From: Epithemia pelagica
Lineage: Eukaryota > Protista > Bacillariophyta
Assembly: GCA_946965045.2 (NCBI GenBank)
Contig: OX337230.1
Location: forward strand, 992,001-1,056,000
Direction: 5' to 3'
Length of the DNA stretch: 64,000 nucleotides
Positions within the stretch are counted from its first letter, which is position 1. Each line of letters opens with the position of its first letter. Below, one piece after another: positions 32,801-43,500 of the stretch. The translations under genes were made by a program, and so were the position numbers. The notes under the pieces were generated by a model, which was given only the letters and a program-made list of their open reading frames with translations, searched no databases and was not told where the DNA came from.

Positions 32801-33718
32801 TTCCCTTCGGATTCGCCAAGCAGAGATCCGTCGGCAAGTCCTTCCGCGAGCCCCTCTGCCAGCTCGGTTCCTTCGCAGGAACCAAGTGAGACTCCCTCAA
32901 TGAGCCTTGTACCTTCTTCCAGTCCTAGTACAACTCCGAGCTCAAATCCATCGTCGAGTCCTTCCTCAAACCCATCCATGAGTTCATTTCCATCCCAAGA
33001 ACCAAGCTTTTTGCCCACTGTCAGCTTTTCTCCAAGTTCACTTCCCTCCACAGTTCCAAGTGTAGCTCCAACCATGATCCCTTCTTCGAATCCATCCGAT
33101 AGCTCATCTCCCTCTCAGGAACCAAGCGTTGCGCCCTCGAAGAGCGGTCATCCGTCCGTGAGACCCAGTCAGAATCCAAGCTCTTTCCCTTCGGCATGGC
33201 CAAGTATGGAACCGTCCAATAGTCCATCTGCTCTTCCCACCACTAGTGCGCAACCATCGTTGAGCCCCAGCACTGAACCAACCACGATGCCTTCATCCAC
33301 TCCAAGCACCAGCAGGCACCCTTCCAGTGTCCCAACGCTAGTCCCTTCCAGTACGCCGACGATGGGTCCGTCTTCATTGCCTTCTGTTCCGCCGAGTGAA
33401 AATCCGAGTGCAATTCCTTCTTCTCAGCCATCCAAAAGTGTTGCTCCATCCAAGCCGCCTAGCAAGACCCCTTCGATCAGCCCTTTTTCTGCTCCCAGCT
33501 CGACGCCATCTGTTCGGCCAAGCCTCCGACCCAGTGTATCTCCTTCCATATCACCTACCGCGGATCCCACCGAGACGACCAAAAATGATCTCACAACCTT
33601 TGTGACCGGAGAGCCAACTTCCAGACCGACTGCTCTGCCGTCATCCAATCCCACCAGAGCACCCACACCGAGCCCTACGACACTGGCACCCACCCCTCGA
33701 CCGAATTGCGATACCTAG
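29840..33718 (+). CDS. Secreted mucin-like Pro/Ser/Thr-rich protein with five N-terminal Cys-rich modules
   Basis: 1292-aa ORF with a hydrophobic N-terminus (ALLCWLTMTSVFQPSLA). Five C-x3-P-x-C...G-x-CCP...CC modules, followed by >900 aa of PSxx/PTxx tetrapeptide repeats. Confidence 0.8.
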   Translation: MKLFHKVDNVNGNGALLCWLTMTSVFQPSLAVHSLIRGGRNGNEPKQMFTDPTFSQQQARSLSFQFDTAQCASYPNCDRMDGDCCPAADGEVMNCCLEPGTCEATPKCSNEGLRGECCPTLKGEMLPCCFDSLEIPEVQSFVATTTATTSPPSASVAPSFEPSLAPSSTPSTSMPSSEPSVQPTISVPPTRFEEAAGTCEASPMCVEEGLSGSCCPTKVSNSFLPCCFPTSAPSSSPSALPSVSPSQEPSASPTLSSCSANPQCAIQGIEGNCCPNLKGEWEDCCFPSASPSTSPSSVPSASSFPSATPSVTPGNHTCEANPVCAADGLRGHCCPTLTGNMESCCSASFSPSPSVTPSSNPSFFPTTSSAPSVIPTATPSHGPSRFPTSFPVSPTSSPPTLSGAPFLTIVGNPTLSPISMSPESHCGSTTPPSTQAPIGIRSEYPSSFPSSLPSSNPTKSPSPTVQTTTSDTTPVYQNHPSREPSVAPSAMPSSSSQPTSSSRPTSEVYNNHPSMTPSSTPSTMPSTTFNPTQSALPTRYIHSNTPSSVPSGRPSTSSSPSQNPSDHPSTPPSLAPSTTPSTSYEPTRAAGTNQPTISKNPSSIPSSAPSTSVEPSSSSAPSKSSSPSVAYNHPSSPPSSEPSQLPSMTSRPSASSEPSSGPSADNYNHPSREPSVTPSSMPSTSSKPSSSSRPSEQPSITPSLSSSPSSSSLPSAQPSITSYPSVFPSGDPSANPSMAPSVSTAPTPLQKTGLVEDISNSPSNTPSQSSNPSELPSTNPSSNPSMDPSSVPSSLPSVSPSQSAEPSNSVPSYVPSTSPSQSANPSEFPSVYPSFFPSTLPSSGPSSLPSTSPSKSSAPSGSPSASPSVTPSMDPSSVPTSVPSSNPSNSLAPTTQTGTPTMRPDCGSSTTTQRPTSQPSNAPSESSSPSDDPLNGDGLLADISPTASPSSPPSSNPSDSSVPSQEPSHEPTISRMPSSSPSMIPSSFPSDSPSRDPSASPSASPSASSVPSQEPSETPSMSLVPSSSPSTTPSSNPSSSPSSNPSMSSFPSQEPSFLPTVSFSPSSLPSTVPSVAPTMIPSSNPSDSSSPSQEPSVAPSKSGHPSVRPSQNPSSFPSAWPSMEPSNSPSALPTTSAQPSLSPSTEPTTMPSSTPSTSRHPSSVPTLVPSSTPTMGPSSLPSVPPSENPSAIPSSQPSKSVAPSKPPSKTPSISPFSAPSSTPSVRPSLRPSVSPSISPTADPTETTKNDLTTFVTGEPTSRPTALPSSNPTRAPTPSPTTLAPTPRPNCDT

Positions 33719-34115
33719 CACCTCCTTCCTATATTGTTGTCTGTGTTGAAACGAGGCTCCTCTTCCATGTCTTTTTCAGCTTGTTTGTCCATCCATTATT
33801 CGACAGCTGATGACACCAAAGATATCAAGCATCAAGTAATACTATAGAGAATATGATCTTTCTCCTCATGATAAAGCGTAACGCGACATGACTTGATATC
33901 AAAATTATGTTTCTCTCGAAAAACAAAAGACGGTGAAGCATATGTTCCCGACGCCGCTGACAATCAAGGTCTTTCCATAGAAAGACGAGAATCCTTTCTG
34001 AAGTTCAGTGCGATGATGTGTAGTCCCTGTCCTAACAGCAGTAGTTTCTTTACGTTGATAGTTGATAGCTGCTTGTTGTTCCCAGTTCTCATTCTCATCA
34101 TGATGATGATGTTCC

Positions 34116-35132
34116 ATGGATTTTTTTTATTTTACGAATCATCTTTTGGAAGAGACTCCAATTCCACTGACCACATTAATGGTCAGTGTTCTTGTCTCGT
34201 TGAAAATGGGTGGATTGTGGATTCGCATAGGTAGTATGCATAGCCACCTGCTTCGCGCGCCACAATTTAGACAGCGTTTCTCTCTTCTCAAGAAGTCACA
34301 CGTTTTGGAGCGCCTCCTTCCTAGGAGTGCGTGTGACAGAATAGATATGAGCACTCTTGGAATCTTTCCTCCTTCATGCTTTCGTCTTGATGGAAGTGGA
34401 GGACTGAAGGCGACGGAGTGGGAAAGGGAAGAAGAGGACAATAGAACTGTCACCACTACGAGTTCTTCAGCAACAGTCCAACACAGCAACGTCTCCCTAT
34501 TTGCCAAGATGGAAGCCCACGAGATGCAAGTCCGAAAGTGCGTTAGAGCATGTTTACGCGATTCCTTCCTTCCACGTTTTGTGAGTAAAGCTTTGAACAA
34601 CGAAGATGAACGCTCTTCTTTGATTTCTCTACTTCGCAGTTTGAGGACGATGCGGAGTGAGAATATGGATGTGTCAGAATCTCTGCTGACAGACGATCTC
34701 ATCATTGAAGAGATGAAAAATTTTACTCAAAGGAATGCAACCCAGGCTGGGGAAGATATAGGAATGGCGGAACAGGCACATCGTTCGAATGATATTGCAT
34801 CCCAACGTTCGATGTCTAGCAGTCTCAGTTCAAGTGATAGTGTGCCCCGAAATGACGGTTCCAGTGCCGCTGTTCGTGTTGACATGAATGAAGCTTTTGC
34901 TGATGTCCCTTTCGACGCAAGCGTCATACAAGGTGGATCAATTGCCACGTTTTCTATGTACCGCGCTGAGGATGTTGGACAGGCTGATCTTCAACAGATT
35001 CTAGACTCCGAAGGGAACGAGAGCAGTTCCAACGAGGTTCAGAACTGGGAACCCCTTCCTCTTCCAGATGTGAACGCAGCAGCAGTAAGCCCGCCGGGAG
35101 AGCAAGATTTGTCTGTACACCATGCACCATAA
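34116..35132 (+). CDS. Hypothetical protein (338 aa; start uncertain)
   Basis: 1-kb ORF with a helical-looking core (EMQVRKCVRACLRDSFLPRFVSKAL) and a disordered tail. No recognisable domain. Confidence 0.4.
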   Translation: MDFFYFTNHLLEETPIPLTTLMVSVLVSLKMGGLWIRIGSMHSHLLRAPQFRQRFSLLKKSHVLERLLPRSACDRIDMSTLGIFPPSCFRLDGSGGLKATEWEREEEDNRTVTTTSSSATVQHSNVSLFAKMEAHEMQVRKCVRACLRDSFLPRFVSKALNNEDERSSLISLLRSLRTMRSENMDVSESLLTDDLIIEEMKNFTQRNATQAGEDIGMAEQAHRSNDIASQRSMSSSLSSSDSVPRNDGSSAAVRVDMNEAFADVPFDASVIQGGSIATFSMYRAEDVGQADLQQILDSEGNESSSNEVQNWEPLPLPDVNAAAVSPPGEQDLSVHHAP

Positions 35133-36038
35133 GGGGATGCCACGGATGCCAGCGTATGAGAGACCGTAAACGCCCGACTGGAGAGAAGAGAAATGTTCAG
35201 AATATCTCAATGGTGAAACAGCCAGGTATTCAGTCAAGAAATTGAAGTGGATGAAGCATCTAGGTAGTATTGATGATATTAGGATTTTCGCGTCTTTCTT
35301 GCACAACATATGTACACAAGTCGACTCTTGGTAACGGCGTAAGATGCTTCTGCATTTGTGGTACCCATACTCTGTGAATTCCATCGATTCAACAGAGAAC
35401 AACACAGCATTCCAGTCATGTCCACCAGCAACACATGCTCTATTTCCATTCATATCTGCACCAACATTCGTTTCATGATCTAGTATCGACGTGTCACTGA
35501 CAAGAATGAATCAATTTCAATAACAACAGCAGCAAAGGCACATCGTTCTTCTAATATTGTGTTACCATTTGTGGTCACCTCTGGATTCTGCTTTAAAAGC
35601 AGAGAGAAGAGACGCGGATCCATTCGATGGGGCGCCTCCAGTGATGTCCGCCAATGTCATGGACATGACTCCGTTTAGCGGTTAGAGGAGATCGTGGAGT
35701 TTGATAGCGGTTTGGGGACTTTTAGCAGATAGCCTAAGACTCTCTCCGAAGCCAAACTAGGTACTCCTACGAGTACTCCAACTCATATTCCGAGCTGTCT
35801 ATGAAACAATACACACAACCAAATTGTGAGCTACTGTTACTGCATAGGCTAGTTAACAGAACTTTCAATGAGGCGAAGCTGGAACTGGATCGGCTCTTCT
35901 GGTGGCCACGGCGGTGCTGTTTGCCGTCGCTTCTAATACTCCCGTCGTGGCTGCTAGAACCAATGCCGCTAAACCCTCCTCCTGTGATTCTTGTTCCGTA
36001 AATGTGAATGTTCCACGGGAAACCGAATTCGTTTGGTC

Positions 36039-38813
36039 TTAAGCAGGGAACTCCTTGTTCTTCGCGTCAGCATCTGGTCCAACCTTGTTTGCAATGTCTG
36101 GATGAGAATGCACATCTGGAGGCGACACGCAAGGAGGAGATTGAAATCGAATGCCACCTTCCGTGTCAATCAATCCGAGCTGCACTGCTGAATCGTGGTA
36201 ATATTGTGCAGTCGAATTGGCCATCATTCCTTTCCATTTCCCCAGTCCCAGTGAAGGGAGCGATGACCCTGACCCCTTGGTCATACTTGGAGTGCTTTTT
36301 GACGGATCCGTCAAGGAACCGGAAGCTGTACTACTCGCACTTCCCGTTCGCGAGGATCGTCCCGCCGCCTGCCGTAGTCTTTGGAATTCCAGCTTGTCGT
36401 GAAGGGACAGTCCTGGACATATTCCAAAATGATCAAATTTCATATTTGACACAGCATGGTAGATTCCCCCAACGGACTGGGGATAACACAAGGCACGCTT
36501 AACCCGTTGCTTGGGAGGCAAACGAGCACAATGAATGCACCTCAATCCAACTTGTCCCAATTGAATTCGCACTTTACGGCCGGGTGAAGGAGCTGCCAAG
36601 TCTTGTTGACTGGCTTCAAAGAATTCAACGTGTCGACGCACAAAGCAATGCAGAGGACTCAAAAAGTGCACATCGGTCCCACACGACATGGGAACGCCAC
36701 CCAAACTTGGAGAACGTGTCTGGATTTGATTCGTTGTTCGCTGGTGCGATTCTCTCACTCCATGGCTTGGTTCGGGTGTGGTAGTCGACAGAGCTCCCTT
36801 CGTCTCTGGAGAAGACGGCACCAATAAGAGCGATGGTCGTTCCGTGCCGTCCTCGGAAATCCAATGCCCCCCATTGCATTCCTTTTGGCTCAGTTTTGTT
36901 GCATTCTTCTTTGTCTTCTTCTTGGTTATACTGGAAAATTTATCTCTGTCAACAGGCGCTGTTCCTGTCTCCTCATTCGGAGGCACACCTCCACTGGAAG
37001 CATTGTCCTGCTGGTTTGGTTCCCCCCTTTGGAACTCTGAACCAGTCTCACTGTTCTTGTTCACAGTATTGCTGCTCTGGGTAGATGCATTGGCCGTCTT
37101 GGTGAGAATGGACAGCAACAAATCTTGCTGCAATTGACGACTGAGCAAAAGTTCTTGTTGCAACCATATTTCTGCCGCCAGTTGAGGCAATGGCAACTGG
37201 TGTTGCAATGCGGCGAGTTGAGACAAGACCAATGGACCTGGCACAACTGTATTCGAACCGAATGTATGGGGCAATACCATGGACGACCTCTGTTCTGCTT
37301 CTCCCACCACCCCGCCGACTGTCGCTGTCGACACCAGTGGCGGCACGGCTTCTCCCAGTGCAGGCATGGGTTGTGAAGAAGACGGAAGCACTCCTCCTCC
37401 TTGTGCAACTGATTGCGGACTTCGTGAGGACAAAGATTTCATTTCCGTGTCCTCGTCTTTTTGTGAAAGACCGCGTGGAAAGGACCCCTCAGTGTCTGCT
37501 CGATGCTCCTCCGAGGGTGCATGGGTCGACGACGGCAACAACATGGACAATGGCGGAGTGTCTCTATCGTGTGCTTGTTGTTGCGGAATATCCTGAGCAA
37601 AAAAGACTCCCCCCTGATGGTCTCTCATCCCCATGAGAATGGCAACATCATGATAATATTGAGCCGTGGAGGAAGAATAATTCACTCCTTCGGATCCTGC
37701 ATTCTGTTGCAGTTGTTGTTGTTGTTGTCGCTTTTCGGTACGACTCTTTCTCTTCTTGTGGTGTTTGCTTTCCTGAACCAGTCGTTCGAATTCGTTTCGC
37801 ACCGTGCTGGGCAATCCCGGACAGGCGACAAAGTGATCAAATTTCATATCCGACACACAATGATACACCCGTCCAACCGAACTGGGATAACAAATGGCTC
37901 GTTTCACACGTGGTCGTTTGGGATGGTTGGCACAATGAATGCATCGGAGGCCCACTTGATGCAAGCGCAACCGATTTTTGCGGCCGGGAGCGGGTTCGTC
38001 CAGATCTGCTTGGGTGGCACAAAAGACTTCAATTTGGTTCCGCACAAACACGTGCAAAGGATTCAGGACACTGGTATCCGACGGCTGAGCCAACAAGCGA
38101 AGGTCATTACGAGTTTTTGCCGTTGTAGAGGAGGAGATGGTGGTGGAGATGCTCGGTCCTTCACGTTTCGTTGGTTTGGGGGAGCTTGTCGGCGGCTCAC
38201 GAACCTGCGGGGCAGAAGACGGAGCAGCGTTTGTGTTTGGAGTTGGAGCCCTGGACTGTTCTTCTTTTTTGGTACTGGTTTCTTGGAGCCGTTGTTTCTT
38301 GACCTGTTCGTGTACCCACAAAGTATCTTTGAGTCGCTCTTCAGTGGCCTCTGAGAGAAACGAAGAACGGAAGGAATCTCTCTTCTCCACAATGGGTTCT
38401 GGAAGAGAAAGCCGTCTCTTTTTCCCAGACGCTGTGGTTTCACCAAGGCCATTCATTCTTGTGTTTGGTAGAAGGCTGGCTTCTACTTGTAGAAGGTCTC
38501 GTCGTATCTCTGTGGGGGGAGACTGTGTGACTTTCGGTTGTTGGATCGTTGCAGCTTCCACACGGTGTTCGTTTGCTCGTTGCTGTGGTGTGGGCGACTC
38601 CACTTGTGCATCATGGTTCCCCTCTTCTTCGTCGTCGTCTTTGGCAATCCACGACACTTTTCGATGACTGTAGTTCAGTGGACCATGGTGGTCAATTGCA
38701 GCAGTCTTGCAACTATCCACAGCCTTGGGTTCGATTGTTTCACCACAAGATTCGTGAATCGAATCTTTGTGGGAATCTAACGATACAGTGGACCCTCCAC
38801 CACCCACCACCAT
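36039..38813 (-). CDS. Protein with two copies of an uncharacterised diatom 'GLRCIHC...YP...H...C' putative Zn/DNA-binding domain (ORF extends to 39221; start uncertain)
   Basis: Two homologous ~130-aa blocks: L(N/S)PLH.FVR..(I/V)E.F.A...DL..P.PGRK.....QVGLRCIHC.....RVKRA.CYP.SVG..YH.VS.MKFDHF..CPGL...EF.RL ... STAQYYHD.A...G..D..GG(V/I).F. Confidence 0.75.
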   Translation of the reverse strand: MVVGGGGSTVSLDSHKDSIHESCGETIEPKAVDSCKTAAIDHHGPLNYSHRKVSWIAKDDDEEEGNHDAQVESPTPQQRANEHRVEAATIQQPKVTQSPPTEIRRDLLQVEASLLPNTRMNGLGETTASGKKRRLSLPEPIVEKRDSFRSSFLSEATEERLKDTLWVHEQVKKQRLQETSTKKEEQSRAPTPNTNAAPSSAPQVREPPTSSPKPTKREGPSISTTISSSTTAKTRNDLRLLAQPSDTSVLNPLHVFVRNQIEVFCATQADLDEPAPGRKNRLRLHQVGLRCIHCANHPKRPRVKRAICYPSSVGRVYHCVSDMKFDHFVACPGLPSTVRNEFERLVQESKHHKKRKSRTEKRQQQQQLQQNAGSEGVNYSSSTAQYYHDVAILMGMRDHQGGVFFAQDIPQQQAHDRDTPPLSMLLPSSTHAPSEEHRADTEGSFPRGLSQKDEDTEMKSLSSRSPQSVAQGGGVLPSSSQPMPALGEAVPPLVSTATVGGVVGEAEQRSSMVLPHTFGSNTVVPGPLVLSQLAALQHQLPLPQLAAEIWLQQELLLSRQLQQDLLLSILTKTANASTQSSNTVNKNSETGSEFQRGEPNQQDNASSGGVPPNEETGTAPVDRDKFSSITKKKTKKNATKLSQKECNGGHWISEDGTERPSLLLVPSSPETKGALSTTTPEPSHGVRESHQRTTNQIQTRSPSLGGVPMSCGTDVHFLSPLHCFVRRHVEFFEASQQDLAAPSPGRKVRIQLGQVGLRCIHCARLPPKQRVKRALCYPQSVGGIYHAVSNMKFDHFGICPGLSLHDKLEFQRLRQAAGRSSRTGSASSTASGSLTDPSKSTPSMTKGSGSSLPSLGLGKWKGMMANSTAQYYHDSAVQLGLIDTEGGIRFQSPPCVSPPDVHSHPDIANKVGPDADAKNKEFPA

Positions 38814-40597
38814 TGTAGGCCGGATCGGAGGACTGGTTGGTAACGGTGTTGGTTTACCATCATGAGTCCTTGATGATATGTTGGAAGGCACATGGCTTGT
38901 GATACTGGTTTGGGTTGGTCCTTGGTGGTGCTGGTGGAACGTATTCGGTGGTGTGGAATGTGATTTGGCCGAGATTCTCTGTGGCGCACAGTTCTTGGTG
39001 GGTGCCAATGCGATGATGCGGCCCTCCACTCGTACCTCAGTCACCATGGCAAAAACGACAAGGATTCTCGATGGAGCGGTATCAAAGAGGGCGCCAGGGG
39101 ATCTGGTTCCAAGAGGTTCACTGTCAACCAGACGAGAGAAATGTGTTTCGTTGTGGTTGTTGGTTGGTTTGTGGCTTGCTTGATTCTTCGTCTTCACGTC
39201 TTGGTTCATTATTTTGTTCACGCACCCATCTGGTAGCAGATGTCAGTACAGTACTATAGATAGATGCGACACCAAAATCGTCAATTCCGACGAATAAACA
39301 CTACGGTTTGGAGTACTTCCGACGTCTCTCAGACATTTAGTTGTAGGTGTGACAGTGGTGACCCGGATCTATGAATCTCATCCCTCGTCCGCGAATCTTC
39401 TGAGCGAACAAAACATGGAGACTCTATGCTCGAAGAGTACAAGTATCAATCATTCTGTACAGAGTGTCCCAGTCGCAAGGAAGTCTCTCGCCATCCCGAA
39501 AGCGAAAGCGACCATGACGACGTATCACGTATCGCAAAAAGGAATGATCCGCGGATTCCTTCGCTTTGTGCATGCCCAGTTTCATACAAGCATGTCTGAA
39601 CCTGGGTCCATCCATGCCAATGTCAGTGGGGCGACGGCTTTACCCACACGTTTTAGGAGCGCAAATGTCACATGGCTGTTGTGGGGATGGTGTTACGTGT
39701 TGGATCGCCTTTGCACACAAAGTGAGGCTATGCATGGTTCCATCCACTCATATGTCTCTACTTTCTTTCATATTGCTTCTCCTTCTTTTTTTGGAACACG
39801 GGATAGTCTGTGGATTGGGTGATTGTTTTTTGCGGCATCCAATGGTGGGACGAAGCAACCCTGCATGACGCAATTGCAAGAGACATCAGCACTGTAGTAT
39901 CATGACACACTCGAGTGTCATGAATAATAAAGTTACCTAGAATCCACTTCGATAGGACTGGAGTGTGCCTTCAAGGAACGAACGACAGGGATGACTACAC
40001 TACATGCTCTTGCATCATCCTCTCTATCGGTTGGTGGAACGGTGGTTACATCGAGAAGTGCGTCTCTCTTGCTTCGTCGCTACAAGTAGACCACGCTTTT
40101 AAAGGGTCGTGATCCATGGCATGGAGGGGAGGACAAACAATGTCATTCCTCCATCCTCCATGCGGTCAAAGGAAGCGCGTCACGAAACAAGATCTCTGTT
40201 GTTTCTTGGTCCTCTGCGACTGTCTGTACTGGCTTTGTCATGCATGTTTGCGGTGGTTTTTGGTGATTGAGCGAGAGTACATTTCGATGCAGAGTTTTCA
40301 GCATTCTCTACTGATTCGCTTTATAGTGTGATACGGAAGCTATCGCAAGTGAAATGGCGCGCGCGCTGTCGTCGCCAGACACAACAGTCGCACAAAAAAC
40401 TGGAATTCGCTATTCAGCGATGGGCATCCCGTCGAAGAAAGAGTCGTACCCCTCGCTTTGTGTCGACGACACTCCTGGAACGATCCTGGTTTGTCCTCTT
40501 GATCCATTCTCCATAAAGACAAATGACAGTGTGGTAAGGAGGGAAACCAAGGAAAGTTGACCGTCGACGAGCAGAGTAACAGAGCACGAGAGCCACG

Positions 40598-43500
40598 ATG
40601 AGTCTATCGGAGAATGCAATAATGACACGAACCGAGGTTGCACTGGCCGCAATTCTTGCCGAAGACGATCCCAGTACATGCTCGTCAAGCATGGAAACCC
40701 CATTCGAAGTGAAAGCCGACGATGATTCGGACGACAAGGACCACAGCAAAGATGATGATGAAGATGACGAAAAGTACCCCAGTCTAGACGAAGTGGACGA
40801 GCGAGAACAACACCAAGGGAAGATCGAGAGTCTTCACAAACCATTCTCCCTGTCTGTTTCATCAGAGTTGAAGATACGAACACTAGACCACCACAGTAGC
40901 AGCCACGACGGTGCAGCAGCAGCAACAACAAACAGCTCAATCAGTAGCAACAACACTTCTACTATCGCGAACAAAATGCCGATTCGAACACCCTTGACAA
41001 CGACTGTCATGGAGCCTCTTTCTGTGGATGTAGCGACGACTGACTTGCCGTTGCAGCAGCAGCAGCAAATCATTTCCGATTCACTCATATTTTCCAGAGT
41101 GGTCAAGCCCAAGGACACTACGACTCGGCCGAAACCAACTTCTTCCAGAAAGTTGTTGTCCATCAAGACACAGTATTTGACCACGGCCGATGACGATATC
41201 AAGAATCGTCCCAAGAGTCTCGATCATTCGGCCTTTTCTTGGTCGTCCTCGTACTTGGCGGCATCCAAGAAAAACAAGAAGCATCCGGGCAACCTCACAC
41301 CCAACAAACCCAAGACTAAAACACCACGACGCCTCCTCGAACGCGGAGAACTCATGTCCATTGCACCCTTGCTTTCCGTGACGTCGTCCACATCTTCGTG
41401 CTCCAGTTTTTCCTTTTCACCACCACCCTTTTCCAAAAAGAATGCCGAAAAGAACAGATTCTTTCAAGACAAGAAGGAGCAAGAACAAACGAAAACCTCG
41501 GCAAAGTCGCAAAAAGAAGCACAACAGCAAGTTTCAACGGTACCGCACCCTATGTCCTTGAATTCGGAACCGTGGGCACAATCCAATAAATGTGTAGTCA
41601 CTGACAGGATTGAACGAGGCTCCGAAACAGCAGCAGATGAGAAACGGTTGACAAAGGAGGCGACAAATCCAAATGACAATGGGCCACTCGATCCAAAAGT
41701 CATGTCTGACGACACGAATCATCAAGAAGAATCCACGGCAGTGCCCGAGTTCTCCACCGAGGGAACCACAGAACAACAACAACAAGACGAGACCCGCAGC
41801 AATGACGAACCCAACAGTGTTCTGGGAGAAACGGTCGCATCAAGTCTAAATGAATTGTCACCACTGTTACAACCTGCTATCGACTGTGAGGACGACAAGG
41901 TGGAACCCTCCTCGTCCGAGGACACAACTGAAACAGAAAGTGACAGAGAAATCCCTAAAATCAATGACTCGCACAATAATGACCAGGAAGCTTCAATCAC
42001 CAGCTGTGAAAATCTCTCGTTCCCCCAAGACAGACATGTCGTCACAACTACTGTTACTACCAGCAAGGACGACGAGGACTTACCAATGACTGAATCTTTG
42101 ACCGAGAGCACCACTGAACAAGCAGAGGAAACCAAGACTGATTCAAGCTGCGACCAAGCGACGACATATACTAATGTCGAAACCGCTGTGCCGCCACAAG
42201 AAGAACATCTTGTCGACATTGCGGCGGAAGCTCCCAAATCATCAGAAACGGAACTGTCGGCTAAGTTCGAGACCGAACAAGCTGAGGAAACGATGGATGG
42301 TTCAAGCAGTGACCATACAACCGCAGCATCTTGTACCGAGACCATGCCACTGACACAAGATGAGCCACACATTGACGACAGCGAACATGAAACTTCAATC
42401 TCTTCAACTCCAGCACTTACGACGGATGGAAATATCGAGCAAGAAGAACTCGCAACAGCCGTTGATTCAAGCATTGACCAAGCAACAACAGAAACTTGTG
42501 TTGAAACCACTTTGCCACCACAAGATGAACATCTTGTCGACATTGCGGCGGAAGCTCCCAAATCATCAGAAACGGAACTGTCGGCTAAGTTCGAGACCGA
42601 ACAAGCTGAGGAAACGATGGATGGTTCAAGCAGTGACCATACAACCGCAACATCTTGTACCGAGACCATGCCACTGACACAAGATGAGCCACACATTGAC
42701 GACAGCGAACATGAAACTTCAATCTCTTCAACTCCGGTACTTACGACGGATGGAAATATCGAGCAAGAAGAACTCGCAACAGCCGTTGATTCAAGCATTG
42801 ACCAAGCAACAACAGAAACTTGTGTTGAAACCACTTTGCCACCACAAGATGAACATCTTGTCGACATTGCGGCGGAAGCTCCCAAATCATCAGAAACGGA
42901 ACTGTCGGCTAAGTTCGAGACCGAACAAGCTGAGGAAACGATAGATGGTTCAAGCAGTGACCATACAACCGCAGCATCTTGTACCGAGACCATGCCACTG
43001 ACACAAGATGAGCCACACATTGACGACAGCGAACATGAAACTTCAATCTCTTCAACTCCAGCACTTACGACGGATGGAAATATCGAGCAAGAAGAACTCG
43101 CAACAGCCGTTGATTCAAGCATTGACCAAGCAACAACAGAAACTTGTGTTGAAACCACTTTGCCACCACAAGATGAACATCTTGTCGACAACGAGGACGA
43201 AACTCCTAAATCATCAGAAACAGAACTGTCGGCTGAGTTAGAGACCGAACAACAAACAGAGGAAACGGTGGATGGTTCATCGAGCAATGACCAAACAACT
43301 TCAACAACTTGTGTTGAAACCACGTTACTGACACAAGATGAACCACATGTCGACGACAGCGAACATGAAACTCCAATCTCTTCAACTCCGGTACTTACGG
43401 CGGATGGAGATATCGAGCAAGAAGAACTCGCAACAGCCGTTGATTCAAGCATTTACCATGCAACAACAGAAACTTGTGTCGAAACCACTTTGCCCCCACA

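Noticed and set aside
39349-39822. 157-aa GTG-start ORF between divergent genes
   Set aside because: Atypical composition and no motif; likely intergenic.
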